Shown here piece after piece: positions 28,354 to 38,036 of a stretch of DNA of 64,000 bases. The position numbers were made by a program, and so were the translations under genes. Each line of letters starts with the position of its first letter. Position 1 is the stretch's first letter. Origin of the DNA: Armatimonadetes bacterium CG2_30_59_28 (GTDB lineage: Bacteria; Armatimonadota; Abditibacteriia; CG2-30-59-28); contig MNXM01000306.1 of the NCBI GenBank assembly GCA_001872605.1, positions 6,291-70,290 of the forward strand, written 5' to 3'. A model generated the notes under the pieces. The model made no database searches and was not told the origin of the DNA. It was given only the letters and a program-made list of their open reading frames with translations.

Positions 28354-29583
28354 TCAGATTTGTCCGCGGGGTTCCCTGTCTCTTGCGCTTGCCCGGCGTG
28401 CAGGCCGTCTGGCAACTGCCGTCAGCTTCTGCAACTCAACCTGCTGGAGGACTGATCTGTAGGTGTCCAGTAATCGGTCACTTGTAGCCTCGTTCGAGAA
28501 AAGCGTTGACGCACGTCGAAGCCCTCGTTCCCTCAGGTGAGACGCCAACTGCGGGTCGTTCAGCAGTTTGTGAAGCTGCTGCGCGAGGTGATCGGCATCT
28601 CCTTCACGGAAGATCAGTCCGGCATCTCCCATCACGTTTGGGATTGAGCCGGACGATGACCCAATCACTGGAACGCCGCTTGCCATCGCCTCAACCAGCA
28701 CTCTCCCGAATTGCTCCTTCCAAAGGGGAGTGGTCATTGATGGAAGCACCAGCACATCCATGGCATTCATCCACTCGGGGCACTCCTGAATGGAGATTTG
28801 GGTGTCGATGCGCAACCTGTTAGCGATGCCCGCTTCCTTTGCGAAAGAGAGCAGACGCTCACGGTCCGGTCCATCTCCGGCGACCAGAACGCTCCACTTT
28901 TCCCGATGAGCGGCCGTCGCCATCAGGAGAAGATGCACTCCTTTTTCGGGGATGAGCCGTCCAACATATCCGACAATTGGTGGGGGAAGCCCCAGGCTTT
29001 TCCGGGCATTGTCTGTGTTCCGAGGGCGGAAACGGTTTGTGTCCACGCAAAGGGTGGAGAAGACGTCGATGGGCTTACAGAATCCGCGCTGCAGGAGCAC
29101 GGTTCTCGCTGGTTCGCTTCCCGCGATGGCTCTGGTAGCGGTGCGGTAGACGACTTTCTCGCAGGCCTTGTGCAGATGGCGCCGCCGGCTGAAGAACGAA
29201 TGCTGTTGATTGATGTTCTCCCAAGTCATGAAGACCAACGGTACTGAGGGATGCACACGATTCCGTGCGACGCAGACCTGCCGGGCAACGAGGCTGGAAG
29301 GTTCCTCGTCGAGGTGGATCAGGTCCGGTTGGGCTATACGCATGGTCGCTTCGAGGTCGATGTAGTGGTGAATGAACTGCTTCCCCTGGAACCGGACGGA
29401 AAGAGGGCAGACGACAAACCGGTCGGACTCGAGCGGTTGGGACTCGCGGAACTGGCAGCCTTCCGTCCAACCTCGGGGAGTAACTATCGTGATCGAAGTG
29501 TCCGGATGCCTACGAGTCAGGAGCGACCACTTCTCGCGGTAGGGTGGGATGACTGCTGCGTGAGAGATGACGAGTATTCTCAC
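28354..29583 (-). CDS. family 4 glycosyltransferase
   Basis: MRILVISHAA... N-terminal GT4 domain; C-terminal 'EQFGRVLVEAMASGVPVIGSSSGSIP'. Confidence 0.8.
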   Translation of the reverse strand: MRILVISHAAVIPPYREKWSLLTRRHPDTSITIVTPRGWTEGCQFRESQPLESDRFVVCPLSVRFQGKQFIHHYIDLEATMRIAQPDLIHLDEEPSSLVARQVCVARNRVHPSVPLVFMTWENINQQHSFFSRRRHLHKACEKVVYRTATRAIAGSEPARTVLLQRGFCKPIDVFSTLCVDTNRFRPRNTDNARKSLGLPPPIVGYVGRLIPEKGVHLLLMATAAHREKWSVLVAGDGPDRERLLSFAKEAGIANRLRIDTQISIQECPEWMNAMDVLVLPSMTTPLWKEQFGRVLVEAMASGVPVIGSSSGSIPNVMGDAGLIFREGDADHLAQQLHKLLNDPQLASHLRERGLRRASTLFSNEATSDRLLDTYRSVLQQVELQKLTAVARRPARRASARDREPRGQI

Positions 29584-29589
29584 GGACAG

Positions 29590-30633
29590 TCAGTCCAATT
29601 GCCCGCCGTGCGACCGACCGTGTCGGAAGTTGTTCACCAATGCCCGTCCCCCCGGCACTAGGGCCGACAGAATGTACAGCGATCTCTTGTCAATAACGGA
29701 CGGCGGCCAGCAACATGCCTGGATGAACCCTGACACGGACAACAAGGGCTGGCTGTCCGCAGCGATTCGACTGACCGCGAGCCTCTGTCCCGCCCACGTC
29801 TGAAGAGCGCGAAGCCCTCGTTCCGGGCCCGCATATCGTCGGCAGACGGCGATGTACTCGTCGAGCATTTGCATCTGGGAACTGCCACTCTTGGACGCTT
29901 CGTGCAAGCGACAGTTCGCGAGCACCCCATCGATCCTCTGAAAGAGATACTCCCGACTTAATCGAATCCAGAGGTCGAAATCCATCGCGTACGGCAGTCC
30001 TTCGTCGAGACCTCCCACGTGTTTCACCATCTCGCGCAGGAAAAATACCCCTGGTTGAGGCAGCCCGTGGGATCCTTTCAAGGGTGGGGCGAAGAGATGG
30101 ATGAGTGCTTCATGCCCGTGGAAGTGCGTGGGGAGATGCTGGAGCAATCCTCCGGACTCATTGACGAGGTCACAGGTTCCAAAGACTACCATGGGAGCCG
30201 TCTGACAGACGACTGTTTTTGCTATTGCCCTGAAGACGCCCGGACGATAGACGTCGTCTGAGTTCAGCCACCCGATCACTTGCCCGGTTGCCCTGGCCAG
30301 CCCCTTGTTAACCGCGTGCGATTGCCCCCGATCTTTCTCGCTTACCCAGTGCGCCAGCCAAGCTTCGTACTTGCGGATGATCTCCACGGAATTGTCCGTG
30401 GAGCCGCCGTCAATGACAACATACTCGAGGTCCGGGTATCCCTGCAACAGCACCGAGCGGATCGTTTCTTCGAGAAACCGCCCCTGATTGTAACTGGGCG
30501 TGACGACGCTGAATCGCGGCCACGGGTTACCGTTGGCCATCAGATCGGGCAGAGCGGGCGTCTCCTCCGTCCACGGCCATCCTTTCCGGTCTGGGGGCGG
30601 CGGCGGGAGATCATTCAGCGATGGAGATCGCAT
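29590..30633 (-). CDS. family 2 glycosyltransferase (start at internal Met; the track ORF to 30774 overlaps the gmd 3' end)
   Basis: '[25 protein letters not shown]...[12 protein letters not shown]...LNSDD'. Proposed start gives a 19-bp overlap with gmd. Confidence 0.7.
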   Translation of the reverse strand: MRSPSLNDLPPPPPDRKGWPWTEETPALPDLMANGNPWPRFSVVTPSYNQGRFLEETIRSVLLQGYPDLEYVVIDGGSTDNSVEIIRKYEAWLAHWVSEKDRGQSHAVNKGLARATGQVIGWLNSDDVYRPGVFRAIAKTVVCQTAPMVVFGTCDLVNESGGLLQHLPTHFHGHEALIHLFAPPLKGSHGLPQPGVFFLREMVKHVGGLDEGLPYAMDFDLWIRLSREYLFQRIDGVLANCRLHEASKSGSSQMQMLDEYIAVCRRYAGPERGLRALQTWAGQRLAVSRIAADSQPLLSVSGFIQACCWPPSVIDKRSLYILSALVPGGRALVNNFRHGRSHGGQLD

Positions 30634-31679
30634 GATGGGCGGTCCGTGCAAGGAATCAAGTTCAAGCCAGCGAGGCGATGTCCGCTCGGACTCTCTGAGT
30701 CCGCGCTCGGACTCAAAGAGTCCGCGTCGACCATGATTTGTACCAAGTCGTTGAAGCTTGTCTTCGGCTCCCATTTCAGGATTTGCCTGGCCTTCGTCGC
30801 GTCACCGACCAGCAGATCTACTTCCGTTGGCCGCATGTACCACGGATCGATTTCAACGTGATTCTCCCAGTCCAAGTTCACATACGAGAAGGCCCCCTCA
30901 AGGAATTCTCGCACCGAATGCGTTTCCCCGGTGGCAATCACGAAGTCATCTGGCTGGTCTTGCTGCAGCATTCGCCACATCGCTTCCACGTATTCGGGAG
31001 CATATCCCCAGTCTCGCTTCGCGTCCAGGTTCCCCAGGAAGATTTTGTCCTGTTTCCCCGCAATAATAGACGCAACCCCTCGTGTGATCTTACGGGTAAC
31101 AAAAGTCTCCCCCCGACGAGGGGATTCATGGTTGAACAGAATGCCGTTGCAGGCGAACATCCCATAGCTCTCGCGGTAGTTGACCGTCATCCAGTAGGCG
31201 TACACCTTCGCTACGGCATAAGGACTGCGCGGGTAGAACGGCGTTGTCTCTTTCTGGGGAACTTCCTGCGCTTTCCCGTACATTTCCGAACTGCTGGCCT
31301 GATAGAAACGGGTTTGCAGTCCGGTTTCGCGAATTGCTTCGAGCAGTCTGACGGTTCCAAGTCCGGTGACATCGCCCGTGTATTCCGGGATATCGAAGCT
31401 GACGCGGACGTGGCTTTGCGCCGCGAGATGGTAGACTTCGTCCGGCTGAATTTTGGACAGCAGCTTGATAAGATTGGTGGCATCGGCGATGTCCCCATGG
31501 TACAGAAGCAAGCGCGCGTCCTGGCTGTGTTCGTCTCGGTAGAGATGATCGATTCGCGCCGTATTAAACGTTGACGACCTGCGAATGATGCCGTGCACCT
31601 CATAGCCTTTCGCCAGCAGCAGTTCTGCAAGGTAGGATCCGTCCTGACCGGTAATGCCGGTGATGAGCGCCTTCTTCAT
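30615..31679 (-). CDS. gmd: GDP-mannose 4,6-dehydratase
   Basis: '[47 protein letters not shown]' nearly identical to Gmd consensus. Extra ~40-aa Ser/Pro-rich C-terminal tail encoded by a 21-bp tandem duplication. Confidence 0.9.
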   Translation of the reverse strand: MKKALITGITGQDGSYLAELLLAKGYEVHGIIRRSSTFNTARIDHLYRDEHSQDARLLLYHGDIADATNLIKLLSKIQPDEVYHLAAQSHVRVSFDIPEYTGDVTGLGTVRLLEAIRETGLQTRFYQASSSEMYGKAQEVPQKETTPFYPRSPYAVAKVYAYWMTVNYRESYGMFACNGILFNHESPRRGETFVTRKITRGVASIIAGKQDKIFLGNLDAKRDWGYAPEYVEAMWRMLQQDQPDDFVIATGETHSVREFLEGAFSYVNLDWENHVEIDPWYMRPTEVDLLVGDATKARQILKWEPKTSFNDLVQIMVDADSLSPSADSESPSGHRLAGLNLIPCTDRPSCDLHR

Positions 31680-31686
31680 GCTTTCC

Positions 31687-32463
31687 TCAATTCCCCGTTT
31701 TCAGCTTCGCCGGAGTTGCAATTGCAACCAGATGCCAGGTATCGGCGTCGATGGCGGTGTCGAGGTCGAATGCCGGGCAGAGGTGGAGCGCCTCGAAGCC
31801 ACACGCTTCGAGGATGAACGCCATTTCCTGCGCCTGGAAGTACCGAAGTGAATGAGTTTCCTCCAATTCACCCGTCAGAGTGTTCCCCTCGAAAGCGAGC
31901 ACCCGGAACTTGACGTCGGCAACCTGGCGAGCGACGTGGAGAGTCGTAGTTGAGATTCGCAACAGTTTGCCGGTCCCCAAGGGGAACTCCCTGACGCGAA
32001 CCGGATCGTGCCCGCGCAGGATTGGCGCGGCGTGCCAGAAGTCAAAGAGGAAGACGCCGCCGGGTTGTAGGTGTGAGCGAATCGCGCAAAGAGTCGTTCG
32101 CAGGTCCTCGTTCTCAGGGATATAGTCGATGGCGTCGAACATACAGATTGCCGCGTCGAAGCGGTCCTGCAATTTGAGTTCGCGCAAGTCCTGCTCGTAG
32201 AGGTCCACGTCGAGATTTCGAGCTTTCGCCTTCTTCCTGCACTGCTCGAGCATGGCGGCAGATCGATCCACACCCGTCACGGCATACCCTCGTTCCCGCA
32301 GGCGTAGGCCGTGGTTGCCGGTCCCGCAGGCGAGGTCGAGCACGGTGTGCGGCGTCTTGTGAAAACGCGCAAATGCTGCCTCGATGAAGTCACACTCTCC
32401 GTCGTAGTCTTTGCCGGCGTAATAGATGTCGTAATACTGCGCGTAGTCGGCGAATACACTCAT
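31687..32463 (-). CDS. class I SAM-dependent methyltransferase (probable sugar methyltransferase)
   Basis: '[20 protein letters not shown]' motif I; '[13 protein letters not shown]'. Confidence 0.7.
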   Translation of the reverse strand: MSVFADYAQYYDIYYAGKDYDGECDFIEAAFARFHKTPHTVLDLACGTGNHGLRLRERGYAVTGVDRSAAMLEQCRKKAKARNLDVDLYEQDLRELKLQDRFDAAICMFDAIDYIPENEDLRTTLCAIRSHLQPGGVFLFDFWHAAPILRGHDPVRVREFPLGTGKLLRISTTTLHVARQVADVKFRVLAFEGNTLTGELEETHSLRYFQAQEMAFILEACGFEALHLCPAFDLDTAIDADTWHLVAIATPAKLKTGN

Positions 32464-32490
32464 GTTACGGTTCCTCGTCGGAGAGCTCTC

Positions 32491-32829
32491 TCAGAAATGT
32501 TCTTTGTCCTGCGTCCCGGCATACGGTCCCTGCTTGACCTCGAGCAGAACGGTGTCCTCCAGCATGCGAAAGCCGTGGCCGCCGGAAACGATGATCGCTA
32601 TATCCCCCGCAGCGAGAACGCGGGTGGCCGCCAACTCACGGGTTTCACTGTAGATGCTGATCTCGCACAACCCTTCCCGCACCATGATGACTTCAGAGGT
32701 GCCGCAAATCTCACGCTTCACGGGAAGATGCGCGTGTCGTTTGACTTCTCCACCTTCAGGATACACGATGAAACCCACTTGGAAGTTGTCCTCCGACGGC
32801 GTGACAAAGGTCGTCTTGTCCGGCCGCAA
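32491..32829 (-). CDS. small cupin-domain protein (possible sugar ketoisomerase/epimerase-like); TTG start, possibly longer
   Basis: 'GEVKRHAHLPVKREICGTSEVIMVREG...AAGDIAIIVSGGHGF' has the double-His cupin pattern; the frame stays open upstream to 32904 without an ATG/GTG. Confidence 0.4.
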   Translation of the reverse strand: MRPDKTTFVTPSEDNFQVGFIVYPEGGEVKRHAHLPVKREICGTSEVIMVREGLCEISIYSETRELAATRVLAAGDIAIIVSGGHGFRMLEDTVLLEVKQGPYAGTQDKEHF

Positions 32830-32928
32830 TTTCGCTGGCAGGATATAGGCCAGCGGCCGGCCATCGTGTGAGATCAGTTCAACCGGTATGGGTTCCCACG
32901 CTCCTTACCTGTTGGTTCGTTTCTGCAG

Positions 32929-34062
32929 CTACTTGTGCAACTTCCGCAACGCGTCGGCGATGAAGGCGATCTGGTCTTCCCGGAGGTTCGAGCTGGAAGG
33001 AAGATAGAATCCGCTTTCCCACAATCTCTCCGACACAGGCATCACGGTGGTCGGGTCCGCGTATCCGCGCTCCACCATTATCGGCTGCTTGTGCATCGGG
33101 TAGAAGAAGTCACGCGTGTCGACGCCGTGCTCCTGCTTCAGAAACTGCCGCGTTTCGTCTCTCGAGCACCCGAACTTCTCTTCATCGATGAGGATGCCGT
33201 ACATCCAGTAAGAGTTCTTGCATTCGGTTGTCGAGACAGGCGGCAACTGGATGCCCTCAATGTCAGCTAACGCTGCCGCGTAGAGCGATGCGTTCCGGAT
33301 GCGCTTCGCGACATTCTCCTCCACCTCCTCGAAGGAAGCGAACGCGTAGGCCGCCGTCAGGTTGTTCATGCGGAAGTTGTAGCCGATGTCCTCGTGAATG
33401 AAGCGCGTGGAACCGAAGGCCATGTCCTTCAGCATCGTCGCGCGCTTCGCGTGGTCATCAGAGTTCGTCACAAGGATTCCGCCCTCGCCGCTTGTCACCG
33501 TCTTGTTGGCATAGAAGCTGAAGCACGCGATGTCGCTCATGCTTCCCGCCTTTTGTCCCTTGTACTCGGTCCCGATGGCTTCGGCGGCGTCCTCGATCAC
33601 GTACAGCCCGCGCGCGCGCGCGAGCGCCCGCAACGGATCCATATCGACGGGATAGCCGTAGATGTGCACGGGAAGGACGGCACGCGTTCTGTCGGTGATG
33701 GCCGCCTCGATCAGGTTGACGTCGATACACCAGGTGTCGGGATCAGAATCCACGAAGACGGGGCGCGCGCCGCTGTGTATGACTCCGAGAGCGGTGCCCA
33801 CCATGGTGAATGTGGGGACGATCACTTCGTCGCCCGGACAGATCCCCAAGGTGGCAATGGCGAGGTCCAGAGCGGTGGTGCCGCTGGTGGTAGCGATGCC
33901 GTGCTGCACGCCGACGTACGCGCCGAAACCCTCCTCCAGTTTCCGGATGAAGTTGACCTCCTCATCCAGACACACGGAGGAAACCCAGTTCCGGTCGACG
34001 ACAGCGTTGATGTACTCCTTCGCGTTCCTGGGGATGACGGGGATACAGACGGGGATTGGCAT
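32929..34062 (-). CDS. DegT/DnrJ/EryC1/StrS family PLP-dependent sugar aminotransferase (GDP-perosamine synthase-like)
   Basis: 'SGTTALDLA'; 'FSFYANKTVTSGEGG' with PLP-Lys context; adjacent to gmd. Confidence 0.8.
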   Translation of the reverse strand: MPIPVCIPVIPRNAKEYINAVVDRNWVSSVCLDEEVNFIRKLEEGFGAYVGVQHGIATTSGTTALDLAIATLGICPGDEVIVPTFTMVGTALGVIHSGARPVFVDSDPDTWCIDVNLIEAAITDRTRAVLPVHIYGYPVDMDPLRALARARGLYVIEDAAEAIGTEYKGQKAGSMSDIACFSFYANKTVTSGEGGILVTNSDDHAKRATMLKDMAFGSTRFIHEDIGYNFRMNNLTAAYAFASFEEVEENVAKRIRNASLYAAALADIEGIQLPPVSTTECKNSYWMYGILIDEEKFGCSRDETRQFLKQEHGVDTRDFFYPMHKQPIMVERGYADPTTVMPVSERLWESGFYLPSSSNLREDQIAFIADALRKLHK

Positions 34063-34092
34063 GGCGCTTGTTCTCTTTCTCCTGTTAAATGG

Positions 34093-35394
34093 CTAAAGTC
34101 CGTGGTTAGATCGCGATGTGAGACGTTCCCTCGCATCTTCGAGAATCTCTGCAAGGCGCTGTCGGTGATCTTCCACTGTGAACCGGGCCAGCCTCTTGGA
34201 ACCGCGGGCGATGAGGTCTTGTCGAACCTGATCATCCGTCCACACCTTCCGAATGGCCTCCGCCAGCGCGCAGGTGTCTTTCGGGTCGGCAAGCAACGCC
34301 GCGTCGCCCGCCTGTTCCCGGATGCCCCGAATGTCGGAAGTGATCACCGGGCAACCCATCGCCCACGCCTCCCACACGGGGATGTTCGCTGGTCCAAAGA
34401 ACGTGGGCATGACCAGGGCCACAGCCCCGGCGTAAAGCGCGGACATGTCCTCGTCCGGCAGGTATCCGCAGTAGTGAATCAGATGAGATACCTGCCCGAA
34501 TTCGGCCATGTGAGCGACCAGAGAAAAATAGTCCTGCCGGATATTGCTGCTGGCGGAGCCACAAAACACGACGGGGATTTCCAGTCCCGTCGACAGCTTC
34601 AGGCGCTCCAGCGCCTGCACGATGCGCGCCTGATTCTTGTGCGGCCAGAATTGCGCGGGATAGAACAGATACCGCTCCGGTAGGTCGTACTTCTGGCGCG
34701 TCCGCTTGATTTCGTCGGAGGACACCCCACCGTGCAGGTAGTCAGCGGGAAGCGTCGGCAATACCTTCACTCTGCCCGGTGTGACCCCGTAGGGTTCATA
34801 GAAGGTCAGCACGTCTTCCTTTCCCGCTTCGGAGTCGACCAGCACGAAGACCGCATGACGCGCACAGTTGCGGAACAGGTACTCCCGTCGCTCCCATTCC
34901 CCGTTGGCAGAAGTCTCCGCAAACTCCGGCTGCAGGCGGTGTTGCAGGTCGTGTATCGCCGTGATGTAAGGCACGCGAGCCTCAAAGGAAATGGTCTCAG
35001 TAGAGGGATACAGCATCAAATCGGCGCCGTGCTCACGGAACCACTGCCCGTGTTCATCGTTCCACTGAATGTCATCTGGATGCGGCACTGGCAGAGACCG
35101 TTTGCATTTCCGGAGAAACTCACGCAGGGGCCCATCGTCCCCGATGCCTTTAAGCAGCCTCTCTCGAATTCCCTGCTTTCCACCGGACGGATGCGGTGCA
35201 TGGATGGAAAGCCTCTCGGCACCGCTGGCGTATAGACTCTCAACTTCATGAAGGGCCTTCTGGTCAGCAAACAGAACCATCTCATCACCCGAAGCACCGC
35301 GCTGCCATTCCATCAACGCGCGCAGCATACTGAGCGTGTACTGAAACACCCCCCCACCGCCGCGGTCAAGCTGAGCGTAGAAACCAATCTGCAT
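34093..35394 (-). CDS. family 4 glycosyltransferase (Glycos_transf_1 C-terminal domain)
   Basis: 'LVMPTFFGPANIPVWEAWAMGCPVITSDIRGIRE' resembles the GT4 donor-binding motif. Confidence 0.65.
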   Translation of the reverse strand: MQIGFYAQLDRGGGGVFQYTLSMLRALMEWQRGASGDEMVLFADQKALHEVESLYASGAERLSIHAPHPSGGKQGIRERLLKGIGDDGPLREFLRKCKRSLPVPHPDDIQWNDEHGQWFREHGADLMLYPSTETISFEARVPYITAIHDLQHRLQPEFAETSANGEWERREYLFRNCARHAVFVLVDSEAGKEDVLTFYEPYGVTPGRVKVLPTLPADYLHGGVSSDEIKRTRQKYDLPERYLFYPAQFWPHKNQARIVQALERLKLSTGLEIPVVFCGSASSNIRQDYFSLVAHMAEFGQVSHLIHYCGYLPDEDMSALYAGAVALVMPTFFGPANIPVWEAWAMGCPVITSDIRGIREQAGDAALLADPKDTCALAEAIRKVWTDDQVRQDLIARGSKRLARFTVEDHRQRLAEILEDARERLTSRSNHGL

Positions 35395-35451
35395 TTGCGC
35401 TACCGATTCTCCTGTGGCGTGGACTCGCGCTGACGCGTTCGTTGGCTTGCT

Positions 35452-36420
35452 CTACACATCCAGCCAGTTGTCCTTCTCGATCAGGCGCCGCAATCGCGCA
35501 TCGGTGAGGATTCGGGCGATGTAGGTCACGTAGTTGCACTGGCGATCGCGGCGCAGCATGTAGTCGACAAGCTGTTCGGTTGGCTGGAGGGGACTATCAA
35601 TGCTGTAAAGTCCCAGCTTCACCCCTGCTTTGGCGAAATGCGTAAGGACCTGCAGTTTGTCCGCCCGTCGCAGTCGATACGCGGCCGCTGCGTCGCTCTG
35701 TCCGTTGATACGCATCCGGTTGCGGAGGTATCGGAACCCAATCCTCGACGCGTCCTGAACGTGCCACCCGATTGCGGCAGGATTCCAAAATATCCTTCCT
35801 CCGCTCGCGTAGACCTTATTGCACAACCCAACTTCGCCGTCCCCAACGAGACGGAGGTCGCCCGGGGCGCTGCAAGGATTGTAGCCGCCCACTCCCATGA
35901 GCATCTCTCTGCGGATCGAGAGGTTGCCGGCATTCACCGAAACGGGAAAGGTGAGTTCCTTGAACTGCGGACCGTAATTGATCTCACCGAGAATCTCTCG
36001 GTAGCTGGCTAAGAACTCTTGTGGTTCTCCATTGATCCACCGGAGAATGATTCTGCCTCCCACGCAACTGACCTTCGGGTCTTCATACGGCTGGGTCATC
36101 TGCCGCACCCAGCTCGAGTCAACGACCACGTCATCATCGATCAATCCCAGTATCTCTCCGTTGGCAGATTTGAAACCGGTGTTCCGTGCATAGTGGCTTC
36201 CAGGCTTCGGCTCATACTGATAACGGATCGGGATGGGAGACGCAGTGCTCATCTCCTCGACCACGGCTCGAGTGTTGTCCGTTGAAGCGTTATCGACCGG
36301 CACGATCTCGTAGTCGCAACCGGGACTCTCCTGATGGGTGAGAGCGTAGACGACCTCGCGCAGAAGTGCGCCGCGATTGAAGGTGGGAATGATGACGGAA
36401 AACTGTATCATTCTGGGCAA
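35452..36420 (-). CDS. family 2 glycosyltransferase
   Basis: 'FSVIIPTFNRGALLREVVYAL...YEIVPVDNASTDNT...IDDD'. Confidence 0.8.
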   Translation of the reverse strand: MPRMIQFSVIIPTFNRGALLREVVYALTHQESPGCDYEIVPVDNASTDNTRAVVEEMSTASPIPIRYQYEPKPGSHYARNTGFKSANGEILGLIDDDVVVDSSWVRQMTQPYEDPKVSCVGGRIILRWINGEPQEFLASYREILGEINYGPQFKELTFPVSVNAGNLSIRREMLMGVGGYNPCSAPGDLRLVGDGEVGLCNKVYASGGRIFWNPAAIGWHVQDASRIGFRYLRNRMRINGQSDAAAAYRLRRADKLQVLTHFAKAGVKLGLYSIDSPLQPTEQLVDYMLRRDRQCNYVTYIARILTDARLRRLIEKDNWLDV

Positions 36421-37349
36421 GCCGACTCCGCTGGTAGCAGAGCGTTTTCTTTCAGGAATGTGACGAAGCGATTGGTCATCGACTTCAGTTCGGTCGCCGA
36501 AAGCTTCGGCATATTCGCCTTCTGCTTATTCTCTCGCTGCTGGTTTGTCCGTCGTGTGAGGCACTTTGCCAATGCCTCTTCTTCAACTGCCACTCCGAGG
36601 AATTGGGACAAGCTATGGATGCTATCCGGTTGGCTGAGTTCCGGGGTCTCCATCCTGAAGATGGGGACCGATGGGTGTTCGCGCTTCAGGCTCTCCACTC
36701 TTGCCTGGATCTCGAACACGTACCACAGACACCGGTAGTATGGATGCTGGAACTCCGGGTACTCCCAGAATTCGTCAGTGAGCCTGATGTGATTTTGGGT
36801 GATCCCTGGATCCAGATACCAATGGTTTCCCTCGGGGTCGCCGGGAATCTCCCCCAGTTGATAGATGCTGTGTGCAGTCTCTTGGGGATCTCTGATCAGA
36901 TGGACTACTCTGATCTTCGCACCAAAATGCTGAATTGCGTAGTCAGAGAAGGACTTGATGAACATGTGATTGGTCTCCACGTAGTACCGGGCATTCCCCT
37001 CCGCACAGGCGCGGTAGATAGCCAGCAGCTTCCTGCTGTGAAAACACCTCCGAGCCGCGCCGTCAGTGCCGCGGTTCTTACGGATCATCATGGTGCCATT
37101 CATCACAGGCTCCGGCTCGTGGAGAGACACATAACCCGGCACGCAAGAGATGATCTGGGTCAGCTTCTGACTGCCCGACCGTCCTGTTGTGGCGACAAAA
37201 GTGTAGTGGTCCACCTCCGCACATCGCTCCTGGAATGCCAAGCGTTGTCTCCTGCGCCAGGGGGGATCCACGAAGTCGGTTGCCCCCAACAACAGGTTGC
37301 CCGCGTTCCCTTCGACATCGCGGAGTCGTCTTTTCAGGTCTGAAATCAT
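36408..37349 (-). CDS. sulfotransferase family protein (Stf0/Sulfotransfer_3-like)
   Basis: 5'-PSB-like P-loop 'FVATTGRSGSQKLTQII' (cf. 'TPRSGSTLL' in Stf0-type sulfotransferases); ~310 aa. Confidence 0.5.
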   Translation of the reverse strand: MISDLKRRLRDVEGNAGNLLLGATDFVDPPWRRRQRLAFQERCAEVDHYTFVATTGRSGSQKLTQIISCVPGYVSLHEPEPVMNGTMMIRKNRGTDGAARRCFHSRKLLAIYRACAEGNARYYVETNHMFIKSFSDYAIQHFGAKIRVVHLIRDPQETAHSIYQLGEIPGDPEGNHWYLDPGITQNHIRLTDEFWEYPEFQHPYYRCLWYVFEIQARVESLKREHPSVPIFRMETPELSQPDSIHSLSQFLGVAVEEEALAKCLTRRTNQQRENKQKANMPKLSATELKSMTNRFVTFLKENALLPAESACPE

Positions 37350-37406
37350 GAGTGGGCGGCTCAGAGATTCTCCCAGCGAACCATCACGTCTACTCGCGGT
37401 GTCGCT

Positions 37407-37906
37407 TCACTGCACTTCAGCAAATGGCAGGTGGGACATGGATAAAAAGATCGTTTCATCGCTCTGCCGGATGGGATGGTTCCGGCACTCCGCCGGAGTC
37501 ACCGCAGGAATCAGGTCGAGTGCGATGTCATCCCTCAGATAGAAGGCGTTGTAGCCAAACCTATTGGTCCCAACAAGTCGGTAGCCCTTGGTGTTCGCCA
37601 GACTTGTCAGCGCTGGCAACGAGGCTCCGTGGTAGTGGGGATGTTGCGCCGCGTCGTAGCCCCAGTCCGGGTCGTAGGGAACCGTTATGCTGCGCAAGCC
37701 GACTGGATGAATGAGTGGAAGCCCACGCCAGGAATATGCGGCAGAGGCAGTCCATGGTCGATAGGAGCTCGATAATGTGACGCGAACACGGTCTGTTCCA
37801 CTTTGTCCGTGACACTTCTCTGCTCAGCCAATATCGGGCGCATCTCCCGAAGCAGCGGCGCGAGCGCCTTTCGGCACAATTGTTTCACTTTTCGCTTCAT
37901 CAGCAT
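37407..37906 (-). pseudogene. possible frameshifted gene remnant (two adjacent-frame ORFs 37685..37906 and 37407..37697)
   Basis: Two minus-strand ORFs in frames differing by 1 nt overlap at 37685-37697 and together fill the otherwise empty 37350-38036 gap in a tightly packed operon. No confident family assignment. Confidence 0.3.
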
Positions 37907-38036
37907 TTCTCAGAAAGCCGAACAAGCTGCTCATCCATGATGAAATCCTGCCCATCCATGATCCGCTCGCAAAGGAAGTCCACAAATGGGGTCCGCTCCC
38001 GGTAGCAGTGTGCGTGTAGATAGAGCGGCAGCAAGG

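Noticed and set aside
28188-28415. 75-aa minus-strand ORF in the 28192-28353 gap between GT9 and GT4
   Set aside because: Overlaps the 3' end of the GT4 gene by 60 bp, with no motifs. Probably non-coding spacer.
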